Made by a program: the position numbers and the translations under genes. A model generated the notes under the pieces. It saw nothing but the letters and a program-made list of their open reading frames with translations, did no database searches and was not told the origin of the DNA. 17,709 bases of DNA from assembly GCA_041640575.1 (NCBI GenBank), contig JBEPZZ010000034.1, positions 1 through 17,709 of the forward strand. The letters run 5' to 3'. The stretch is from Pseudothermotoga sp. GTDB taxonomy: Bacteria > Thermotogota > Thermotogae > Thermotogales > DSM-5069. Of the stretch, positions 8,245 to 16,769 are shown in pieces (the stretch's first letter is position 1; every line of letters begins with the position of its first letter).

Positions 8245-9372
8245 ATGAAAATACTTGCTGGTAAGTTGTACACACCAACAAAGGTTATTGATGACGCATA
8301 CATATCTATCAATGATGGAAAAATAACCGAAATAACGCAAAGTAAAGCCAGACCCGATCTATCTTTTCCAATAGTTGCGCCAGGTTTGATCGATACACAT
8401 ACTCATGGTGCTGTAGGTGTTGATGCGATGAAATTAGACAAAGATGGGTTGACAAAACTGTCTATTTTTTATGCTAAGCATGGGGTTACTTCTTTTTTGC
8501 TTACAACTGTTTCTGATACGTTCGAAAATACCCTTCATATTTGCGAGGCCGCTTCGAACTTAATGAATGAGTTTTTTGCTGGTGCAAAGCTTGTTGGGCT
8601 TCACATGGAAGGTCCATATCTAAATCCCTCTAAGAAGGGAGCGCATAAGGAGCAATATCTTAAGAATCCTGATATGAATGAACTGCAAGAACTAGTTAGC
8701 AAGTATGGGAAAATAATAAAAGTCTTCACCATAGCTCCAGAGCTTCAAAATTCTATGCAAGCTATAAGATTTCTGAGCGAAAACAAGATTGTGGTTACAC
8801 TTGGTCACACGGACGCCGATTATGAAACTGCTTTGAAGGCAATTGGTAATGGTGCAAAGCGTGCTACACATGTTTTCAATGCAATGAGAAGTTTTTCGCA
8901 TCGTGATCCTGGAATCATAGGTGCAGTCCTAACTGATGACAGGGTATTCTGTGAGGTTATTTGTGATTTTATACACTTACATCCGTGTGCTTTGGACCTT
9001 GTAATCAAGGCTAAAGGCTTTCGAAGAACTGTATTGGTAAGCGACTCTATGTCAGCAACAGGTTTAAATGACGGTGAATATGAACTGGGTGATCTTCAAG
9101 TAACAGTTAAAAATGGTGTTGCTAAATTAAAAGGTTCAGAAACCTTGGCAGGCAGTACTTTAACACTTGACCAAGCAGTTAGCAATCTTGTTTTCAGGAT
9201 GAATTACAAAACAAAAGATGTTATAAGGATGGCCACACTGAATGCTTCGATCGCTAGTGGCTTGAACCTTGGAAGAATAGCGGTTGGATCGATTGCTGAT
9301 CTGGTTTGCCTCGACGAGAACTTAATGGTTGTTGCCACCGTTGTGAATGGAAAGGTTGTGTATTCAGTTTGA
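8245..9372 (+). CDS. nagA: N-acetylglucosamine-6-phosphate deacetylase
   Basis: PGLIDTHTHG, HMEGPY, KKGAH, TIAPE, GHT, ATHVFNAM, D-x-x-H, VSDSM, LAGS and G-x-I-x-x-G-x-x-AD amidohydrolase motifs. Confidence 0.95.
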   Translation: MKILAGKLYTPTKVIDDAYISINDGKITEITQSKARPDLSFPIVAPGLIDTHTHGAVGVDAMKLDKDGLTKLSIFYAKHGVTSFLLTTVSDTFENTLHICEAASNLMNEFFAGAKLVGLHMEGPYLNPSKKGAHKEQYLKNPDMNELQELVSKYGKIIKVFTIAPELQNSMQAIRFLSENKIVVTLGHTDADYETALKAIGNGAKRATHVFNAMRSFSHRDPGIIGAVLTDDRVFCEVICDFIHLHPCALDLVIKAKGFRRTVLVSDSMSATGLNDGEYELGDLQVTVKNGVAKLKGSETLAGSTLTLDQAVSNLVFRMNYKTKDVIRMATLNASIASGLNLGRIAVGSIADLVCLDENLMVVATVVNGKVVYSV

Positions 9373-9396
9373 TCGACAAAAATGGGGGTGTCGGGC

Positions 9397-12300
9397 TTGA
9401 GATTGAAAAGCATGTTTCTTCAAGGTTTTAAATCTTTTGCTCGCCCGACGAAACTTACTTTCTCAGATGGCATAACAGTTATTGTCGGACCGAATGGCGG
9501 GGGAAAGTCAAATATCGTAGATGCAGTTCGCTGGGCATTTGGTGAGCAATCCATGAAGCAACTTCGAGCCGATGAGAAATCCGATGTAATATTCGTTGGA
9601 TCGGCAAGTCATCCTGCTGCTCAAATGGCTTATGTTGAGCTTATCTTTGAGAATGGAAGTGAGACAATCTCAGTTGCAAGACAATTAACTGTTGATGGAA
9701 AAAATACCTACATGCTTAACGGTCAACCTGTAAGGCTTAAAGACATTCGTGAAAAATTTGAGGGAACTGGTGCTGGTGTGGAATTTTATTCGATAGTTGG
9801 CCAGGGACAAATCGAAAGAATAACGAGCTCTTCGCCTGAAGAATTAAGAATATTACTTGAAGAAGCAGCGGATATCCACATTTACAAGGAACGCAAAAAA
9901 GAAGCCTTAGAGAATCTTGAAAGGGTTGAAAACAATCTCTTAAGGCTAGGAGACATAATCACCGAGTATGATAGGCAGAGAAAGTCTCTGTATCTTAAAG
10001 CTAAACGTGCTGAAAGATATAAGGAATACTCACAAAGATTGACTGAGCAAAACAGGATATATTACGGTAACATCTTGAAAAGGGAAACAAGACGGCTTGA
10101 TTATCTTAATGAAGAACTCTCTAGGACGATCGATGAGATAAAAAAATTGCAGAGATCTTTACTGGAAGTCGAAACAAACTGGTCAACGCTTAAAACAGAA
10201 TTCGCAAGTGTTGACAAGGAAATAGAAAACTTCACTAACCTTTTGGAAGATTACAAAAAGAGGCAAACAACATTGTCTGAACTGCGCGAAATGTACAACA
10301 GAAGACTCAGTGAACGAGAAGCAAAGTATGTTGAAACAACGACGAAGCTTGATTCGACTCGTGAGCAAATTGCACAAATTGGGAAAAGAATGGATGAACT
10401 GAACCTGATCCTGAAAGGATTAGTAGAGGAGATTTCTCAAAAGGAGAGAGCACTCTCTGAAATTGAGAAACAAAGAGATGAGATAATGTCAAAATACACC
10501 GAAAAGGAGAAAGAATTGCTTGGTGTCAAGGAGAAGCTAGACACACTTTATAAGGAAAGAATGACTCATGAAAACGAACTTTCACGTATTGACGAATCTA
10601 CAGATGATCTTTCAAAAAGAATTTCTATGATTGACGTTCAACTTGACATTAAGATTTCAAGGTTGAACCGCTTGCAGACAGAGCTAGCACTTTTGCTTGA
10701 AAAAATGAAAGCTGCTGGGGACAAAGAATCACAGCTTGTTAAAGAATTGCAAACAACAAGAGAAAGGATAGATGAACTTACAAGGGAAAGAAGAAACACA
10801 GATGACCAGATTGAAAACATAAAACGAACCCTGCGTTCTTTGGATGAAGAAGAATCTCGTATTAGACACAGGATAGAAAGTTATGAAGGTTATACAAGAT
10901 CAATAAGAGCGATCTTCGCGAGGAAGGCAGAAGGTTATTTTGGAAAAGTTCGTGATGTTGTGGCAAACTTGATAAACTTTCCGGCAGAATATGCCAAAGC
11001 TGTTGAAGTTCTACTGGGAGGAGCCGTGCAACATGTAGTTGTGGAAGATTCTAACACTGCCAAGGAAGTTATAGAATGGCTTAACCAGCAGAAGATTGGT
11101 AGAGCTACATTCTTACCTTTGGACCTGATTGAATCACATTTTAGTGGAATTAGGGATGTTGAAAGGCACAGTGGTTTTGTTGGTTATGCGGCTCAAATAG
11201 TCCGGGTACCTCAAGAATTTGCCGTACTTCCTGGATATTTGTTTGGGAACGACATTATTGTGAAAAAATTAGAAGATGCAATTGATATCAAGAAGAAATA
11301 CAAATTAAGGTGTCGAATCGCAACTTTAAACGGTGAGATTATTGGCCAGCACGGTTCGATAACTGGTGGAGAAGCCGAGTCAGAGAGAACAGATTCACTT
11401 GTCAGAAGGAAAATAAGACTTGCTGAGATTTCCGATCAACGTGTGGAACTTCTTTCACTCGAAAAAATGCATCGCCAAAAGCTTGTAAAAATTGAAGAGG
11501 AAATAAAAGCCCTTTATGGTCAGGAGAAAGTTGTTGAAAGAGAACTGACGAATATAATAGCTGAAGGAAGCTCGACAAAAAGAATGATAGAAGAACTCAG
11601 CAAAACAGTTGACGAAATGAACGCAGAGGTTTCCTCTTTAGAACAACTAAAAAAGAATTACCAAGCTAAGATCGATGGTATGAAGGCTAGAAAACAAACG
11701 GTTCTCTCAAGATTGGAGGAGATCTCCAAAGAGCAAGAAAATTATGAACAATTGATTAAGGAATACGATGAAAAACTTGCGGCTGAGAAGAAAGTTCTCG
11801 AGGATATTCTTTCAAGGTACTCTGATATTAAAGCAAGATTATCAAGTTTGATGGAAACAAAATTGCATTACGAATCCGAATTGGAAAAGCTGAAAAAAGA
11901 CAGAGAAAAGTTGGCCGAGGAGTCTTTGCAATTCAACAGCCAAGTGAAAGATCTGGAAGAGGAGATAAATCGTCTCAAAGGATTGTTACTGGAAAATCAA
12001 AGAGAGCTTGAAGCCTTGAGAAAAGAATCTGAGAATCTTTTCGAAGCCATGAGACTTCAGAGAGTTGATAAAGACCAAAAGCTTGCAAAGTTGGCTGAAC
12101 TGGAAACAAATATGCAACAAATGAAGGAAGAAAGAGAAAGGCTGAGGGATCAACAACATCAGCTGGAATTGTCAGTCCAGGAGGTCAGAAACAAGATTGA
12201 GCAATGTGTTTCACATATCACTCTACAAGAAGTCGAATTCATCGAAGAAATTGATAATGAAGCGTTGGAATCAGTCAAAAAGGAAATAGAAGACCTGGAA

Positions 12301-12918
12301 ACCAAATTGAAGTACCTAGGCCCCGTTGACTTGACCTCGATAGAAGAATATGAAGATATAGAAAGGAAATACAATGAATTAATGTTGCAGAAAAAAGATC
12401 TTGAAGATGCTAAAGTAAAAATCCAGGAGCTTATCTTAAAAACAGACGAATAAGATAGAAACAAATTTCTTGACGTGTACGAGCAAGTCAGTGCAAACTT
12501 TAACAAATTCATCTCAGTTTTATTCCCAGGTGCTGAAGGTGAGATTCGTTTACAACCTGGCAAGGATTTGCTCGAGACAGGTATAGAACTTTCGGTGAGA
12601 AAGCCTGGTAAGAGAGTTCAGAAGCTTCAGCTCTTGTCTGGAGGAGAAAAAGCTTTGGTTAGTATAGCTTTGCTGTTCGCACTCTTAGAAATCAAGCCAA
12701 GTCCATTCTATTTACTTGACGAAATTGATGCACCACTTGATGACTTCAGCGCTGAAAGGCTCAGGAATCTTCTTGAGACTGGTTCATCAAAGACTCAGTT
12801 TATTGTGATAACTCATAACAAAGTGATCATGGAGTGCGCGAAGATGATGCATGGCATAACTATGGTGGATGGCGTCTCCTGCGTTGTTCCAGTGGAACTT
12901 GAAACTGCTGTAAGTTAA
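9397..12918 (+). pseudogene. smc: Chromosome segregation protein SMC, interrupted by one in-frame TAA at 12451-12453 (nonsense allele or sequence error)
   Basis: Track ORFs 9382-12453 and 12475-12918 share one frame and are separated only by the TAA. The upstream part has GFKSF, Walker A GPNGGGKSN, Q-loop, coiled coils and hinge (GRATFLPLD, GSITGG). The downstream part has LSGGEK, Walker B/D-loop LLDEIDAPLD and H-loop ITHN. Likely start is TTG 9397 (MRLKSMFLQGFKSF), with SD GGGGGTG at 9384-9390. The joined frame is 1173 codons, a normal SMC length. Confidence 0.93.
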
Positions 12919-12932
12919 GAAGGTGGTCAATC

Positions 12933-13472
12933 TTGCAAGAGAAAATGTTGGAAAGTCAAGAGCTGTTTAAAGGCAGGATACTTACTTTAAAACTTGATAA
13001 AGTGCTACTTTCAACTGGAAGACAGTCAACAAGAGAAGTAATTCTTCATCCTGGGGCTGTCGCAATCTTGCCATTTTTAGACGAAGAGACAATAATTTTG
13101 GTGAAGCAATACAGATATCCAGTTGATCAAGATTTACTGGAAGTTCCGGCAGGAAAGCTTGACGAAGGAGAAGTACCAGAAGAATGTGCCAAAAGAGAAC
13201 TTGAAGAAGAGACTGGGTATAAATGTGCTAAACTTGAATACTTGGGCTTTATTTACACAACCCCAGGCTTTTCAAATGAGAAGATCCATTTGTTTGTAGC
13301 CAAAGATCTTACTAAAACGTCTCAAAATCTTGATCATGACGAGATACTGCAGGTGGTTCAAATCAGCTTGTCTGATGCTGTTTCAAAATGTTTGAGTGGT
13401 GAAATCATAGATGCCAAAACGATATGTTTGTTGTTTCTGTATTATTTAAAAAGGAGAGATTTTTATGGTTAG
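12933..13472 (+). CDS. Nudix hydrolase, ADP-ribose pyrophosphatase (NudF-like)
   Basis: Nudix box GKLDEGEVPEECAKRELEEETGY, plus REVILHPGAV, QYRYP, TPGFSNE and DAKT motifs typical of ADPRases. TTG start with SD AGGTGG at 12921-12926. Confidence 0.92.
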   Translation: MQEKMLESQELFKGRILTLKLDKVLLSTGRQSTREVILHPGAVAILPFLDEETIILVKQYRYPVDQDLLEVPAGKLDEGEVPEECAKRELEEETGYKCAKLEYLGFIYTTPGFSNEKIHLFVAKDLTKTSQNLDHDEILQVVQISLSDAVSKCLSGEIIDAKTICLLFLYYLKRRDFYG

Positions 13473-14037
13473 ACTTTTTATCAATGGTCAGGAAACCACT
13501 ATTCCGGCAGGAGAATATAAAACCTTTGGTCAACTATACGAAGCCTTTGCCCCGAGGAATATGGTGTTGAAGAAGCTTGTGGTAAACGACGTTGATGTTC
13601 CTGCACACAAAGTTTCGGAACTGCGTGAAGCTATTTTGGAAGAGGATACCACAATATCCTTAGAGTTTGTTACACCAAAAGAATTTCTTTTGGAAATACT
13701 GCCTGGTGTTTTGGACTATTTGAACTCTGCAATCGATTTGCTACCAAAATTTGCTGACTCAATTCGAGCAGGAGATCCAAAGGTTTTTGAAAACTTGAAG
13801 AGTATTTCAGAAAGCGTGGCGGCACTGGAAAGCTTGAAACAGAGTATTTTCAGGATTATTAAGATGAATGAGTATGATTTCTCGGATGTAGTGTTAAGAT
13901 TAAATAAGATCGTAAAAGTAATGGAAAGCAATGACAAAGGTATGATTGCAAACGCATTACAAGAAGATATGCTCGCGGTTTTTAAGACTTACGCCGATTT
14001 CTTTAGGCAAGTTTTGAAACAAATTGGAGGTAACTGA
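13465..14037 (+). CDS. Hypothetical protein (beta-rich N-terminus, helical C-terminus)
   Basis: 190-aa ORF with SD AAGGAG at 13451-13456. It overlaps the Nudix gene by 8 nt and ends 3 nt before fliS. Confidence 0.85.
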   Translation: MVRLFINGQETTIPAGEYKTFGQLYEAFAPRNMVLKKLVVNDVDVPAHKVSELREAILEEDTTISLEFVTPKEFLLEILPGVLDYLNSAIDLLPKFADSIRAGDPKVFENLKSISESVAALESLKQSIFRIIKMNEYDFSDVVLRLNKIVKVMESNDKGMIANALQEDMLAVFKTYADFFRQVLKQIGGN

Positions 14038-14040
14038 AAA

Positions 14041-14454
14041 ATGATGAAAGATTATTATTTTGAAAATGCGATTAAGACAGCAAGTCCAGCAAGGCTAGTG
14101 GAAATGCTTTATGAAAAAGCAATAGAACTCTTGCGGGAAGCAGAGCAGGCAATGAAAGAGAATAATTTGATAAAAGCCAACGAAAAGATTGTAAAGGCAC
14201 AAGATATACTGACAGAGCTCAACATTTCCTTGGATATGGAAAAAGGCGGAGAAATAGCCCAGTCGCTTAGAGGATTGTACAACTATATGTACAAAACCCT
14301 GATAGAAGCAAATTTGAGGAGAGACGTTCAAAAGATTGATGAAGTGCTTTATTATGTCGAGCAATTGCTTGATGCATGGAGGGCCGCAATGAAAATGTCT
14401 AAATCTCCATCATCTCAAAACCAAGGCGATCGGAATTTTAACGTTTCTATATAG
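14041..14454 (+). CDS. fliS: Flagellar export chaperone FliS
   Basis: Y..N.I.TASP..LV.MLY..AI, KAQDILTEL..SLDMEKGGEIA..L..LY.YM, L..AN and L.DAW give the classic FliS pattern. SD GGAGG at 14026-14030. Confidence 0.95.
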   Translation: MMKDYYFENAIKTASPARLVEMLYEKAIELLREAEQAMKENNLIKANEKIVKAQDILTELNISLDMEKGGEIAQSLRGLYNYMYKTLIEANLRRDVQKIDEVLYYVEQLLDAWRAAMKMSKSPSSQNQGDRNFNVSI

Positions 14455-14470
14455 TCATGGGGGTGATGGG

Positions 14471-15322
14471 GTGGAGACAATAAAGCTCCTCTCTGAATTC
14501 TCAATCGTTAGGTTTTTGGAATTAGTTAACGAAGTGTTCTCCGACTACCCTGTTCCAGTGAAATGGGATATATTGTCATTCAACCTTGATGCAAGGGAGA
14601 ATTCAATTTCGCTTTCAGATTCGTTTGTTTTTCTGAAGGACGATAGACCCGTAGGTTTTATAATTTGTTGCATCAGGAGAAATAGGGGACGAATTGACGC
14701 AATGGGTGTAGTAAAAAGTGAACGTGGTACTGGACTTGCGTACAAAATTCTCGAGCATGCCTTGGAAGCCCTTAGGTGGAAAAGAGTGGAATCGGTGGTA
14801 TTAGAAGTGCTTAAGAGTGAGGCAAAAGCTATAAGGTTTTACGAGAAAAACGGATTCAGAACCACAAGAGAACTTCATTCACTGATAAAAGAGGTTTCAA
14901 CTTTTGAGGAAGATGAAGAATTGGTGGTTGTGAAAACCGATGCAAGATGGGTCCATCAAGCTTCTGTAGAAGCCAGTATAAACCTTCACAGATTTCCAAA
15001 TTGGCAAAGGGAGCCGACAACTTTGCTTTTGGCTTCTGGCCGTTACAACTATTCACGCATCAATTTACATCGTTCACAGGGATATTTGGTCTGGGGCTCA
15101 AACTCTGAAAATGCCTTCATAGTGGACTGCTCACCCATAAAAGATTTGGAAGTTTATCCAAAGTTATTGGAAGCAGCATCGAAATATATTTGCAAAACTG
15201 AGAACAAAAGGTATTGTACTATCTTTAATGTTCCGGAAAACGATCCTCTTTACAGCGCTGCAATTCAAAGTGGTTACAACAGTTTTATGACACAGCTTGA
15301 AATGAGTTTACAACTCTATTGA
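14471..15322 (+). CDS. GNAT family N-acetyltransferase (N-terminal GNAT plus probable degenerate second domain)
   Basis: Acetyl-CoA motif A MGV...ERGTGLA and motif B LEV......AIRFYEKNGF. GTG start with SD GGGGGTGA upstream. Confidence 0.88.
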   Translation: METIKLLSEFSIVRFLELVNEVFSDYPVPVKWDILSFNLDARENSISLSDSFVFLKDDRPVGFIICCIRRNRGRIDAMGVVKSERGTGLAYKILEHALEALRWKRVESVVLEVLKSEAKAIRFYEKNGFRTTRELHSLIKEVSTFEEDEELVVVKTDARWVHQASVEASINLHRFPNWQREPTTLLLASGRYNYSRINLHRSQGYLVWGSNSENAFIVDCSPIKDLEVYPKLLEAASKYICKTENKRYCTIFNVPENDPLYSAAIQSGYNSFMTQLEMSLQLY

Positions 15323-15326
15323 ATGA

Positions 15327-16319
15327 ATGGGAAGTGGTTGCGTGGTTGTTTTGTTTTTAAACAGGATAAATGAGAAGTGGCTTTCGAAGATAGAATCGTT
15401 GAAAAATCGTTTTGAAAATATCAGATTTGAAAGTTATTTTTCATCAAGCACACCAAGGCAGTTTCTAAAAGATGCTGAAGTAGTAATTACTGCAAGGCTT
15501 TCGAAAGAAGAAATTCTATCGGCAACTAATTTGAAGTTGATAATTGTTCCAATGGCAGGCGTCAATGGATTGGATTGGGAGGCAATAAGGGTAAGGCGAA
15601 CGATCAAAGTTGCGAATTGTCACTCAAATGCTTTTGCTGTAGCTGAGAGAGCATTAGCTCTTGCTTTAGCTATTCTTGGAAGGGTGGTCGAATACGATAA
15701 CGATTTGAGAAAAGGCATTTGGCACGGTTATTCAGTAGGTTCGCCAAAAGAGGATTTGTGGTTTTCTCTGAGGAATAAAGCTGTTTGCATTGTTGGAATG
15801 GGATCAATTGGTCAAGAGTTGGAAAAGCTGTTGAAGCCTTTTAATTGCAGAATTATTGGTGTTAAAAAATCCGCTCCAAATGAACCTTCCAATTTGACTT
15901 CCAATCTCGACTGGGCGATAGAACAATCTGAAATTGTATTCATAACACTTCCTTTAACAAGAGAAACCAGGGGTCTTTTCGATGAAATAAGATTGAGGAA
16001 AATGGCCGGTAAGTACTTGATAAACGTTTCAAGAGGCGAGATAATTGATGAAAAAGCGTTGTACGAAGCTTTGAAAACTCGTGTTCTTGCGGGAGCTGCT
16101 ATAGATACCTGGTACAATTACCCTTCTGAGAAGGATCAGACAACTTTTCCGAGCAAATACAATTTTCAGGATTTGCGAAATGTAGTTCTCTCACCTCATG
16201 TTGGTGGCTATTGCCAAGAGGCGCTTCATGACCTGATGGAAGAAACTTTTGGAATACTTGAAAAGTATATTCTTTCTGGAGAAATAGTAAACGAAGTCGA
16301 TCCTTGGAAGGAGTATTAG
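15327..16319 (+). CDS. D-isomer-specific 2-hydroxyacid dehydrogenase
   Basis: AG-x-x-x-x-D, VAERALAL, GMGSIG (GxGxxG), LPLTRETRGL, INVSRGEIIDE, AAIDTW, SPHVGG. The start may instead be GTG 15342. Confidence 0.92.
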   Translation: MGSGCVVVLFLNRINEKWLSKIESLKNRFENIRFESYFSSSTPRQFLKDAEVVITARLSKEEILSATNLKLIIVPMAGVNGLDWEAIRVRRTIKVANCHSNAFAVAERALALALAILGRVVEYDNDLRKGIWHGYSVGSPKEDLWFSLRNKAVCIVGMGSIGQELEKLLKPFNCRIIGVKKSAPNEPSNLTSNLDWAIEQSEIVFITLPLTRETRGLFDEIRLRKMAGKYLINVSRGEIIDEKALYEALKTRVLAGAAIDTWYNYPSEKDQTTFPSKYNFQDLRNVVLSPHVGGYCQEALHDLMEETFGILEKYILSGEIVNEVDPWKEY

Positions 16320-16367
16320 AATGCTTCTGAAAGTGGATACGAAAGTTTTCAGAGATGGTGAGATTAA

Positions 16368-16769
16368 GTGAAGCGTGAATATTTCAAAAAGATCTTTCCA
16401 TATGTTCTTGCTTTATTAACAGTAGTACTTGATGCTGCATATTTCGACGTTTTTCCGTTTCTAATAATTTACATGGCCTTTGAATATCTGAAATTTGAAG
16501 ATTTTGTGAGTGCTTTCAGAGTCTTATCGTTTGTTGTAATTCACTCTGCTTTATGCTTTAGAACCATTACTTTTACCCATCTGATTTTGTTTTCAATTTA
16601 CATCTTTTTCTCAATAGTTCGAAACTATTTCCTTAAACCTTTTGTTCCATTTCTTAGTTATGTTTTGTCAATAGGCTTATTGGTGTTTTTCAAAGGTTCT
16701 TATCTACCAAGCATTTTGGTAATTTGTCTGATGGTGCTAGGACTTTGGAGAAGGTATGAAAGTTCGTAG
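16368..16769 (+). CDS. Small polytopic membrane protein, possibly MreD-like
   Basis: 133 aa, highly hydrophobic with about 4-5 candidate TM segments. It overlaps the downstream class B PBP gene, the position mreD normally occupies. The assignment rests on context only. Confidence 0.6.
   Translation: MKREYFKKIFPYVLALLTVVLDAAYFDVFPFLIIYMAFEYLKFEDFVSAFRVLSFVVIHSALCFRTITFTHLILFSIYIFFSIVRNYFLKPFVPFLSYVLSIGLLVFFKGSYLPSILVICLMVLGLWRRYESS

Noticed and set aside
9487..9513. SMC Walker A reads GPNGGGKSN rather than GPNGSGKSN
   Set aside because: It still fits GxxGxGKS and the change is at a variable position, so it is not evidence of decay.
12207..12222. TGTTTCAC resembling a parS half-site inside smc
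   Set aside because: The second half (GTGAAACA) is absent, so it is not a palindrome.
12445..12483. Programmed frameshift, ribosomal bypass or Sec/Pyl recoding at the smc stop
   Set aside because: No frame change is needed, I see no slippery site or strong hairpin, the nearest matching GAA (12458) is out of frame, and UAA is not a Sec or Pyl codon.
12475..12918. Separate 147-aa 'ABC ATPase' gene
   Set aside because: It is in the same frame as smc, has no SD and no Walker A, and is simply the C-terminal head half after the internal stop.
13993..14002. GCCGATTTCT 40 nt upstream of fliS (identical 10-mer at 4703-4712) as a sigma28 -10
   Set aside because: There is no TAAA-like -35 at 15-16 nt spacing for the fliS copy. 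GCCGAT recurs in coding sequence as Ala-Asp (e.g. near 1151, 8815, 9568).
142..16117. The many 60-138 aa alternative ORFs in the track (e.g. 3199-3615 -, 12159-12563 -, 15812-16117 -)
   Set aside because: All lie antisense or out of frame within well-supported genes, show no recognisable motifs, and have the Ser/Phe/Leu-rich composition expected of shadow frames.
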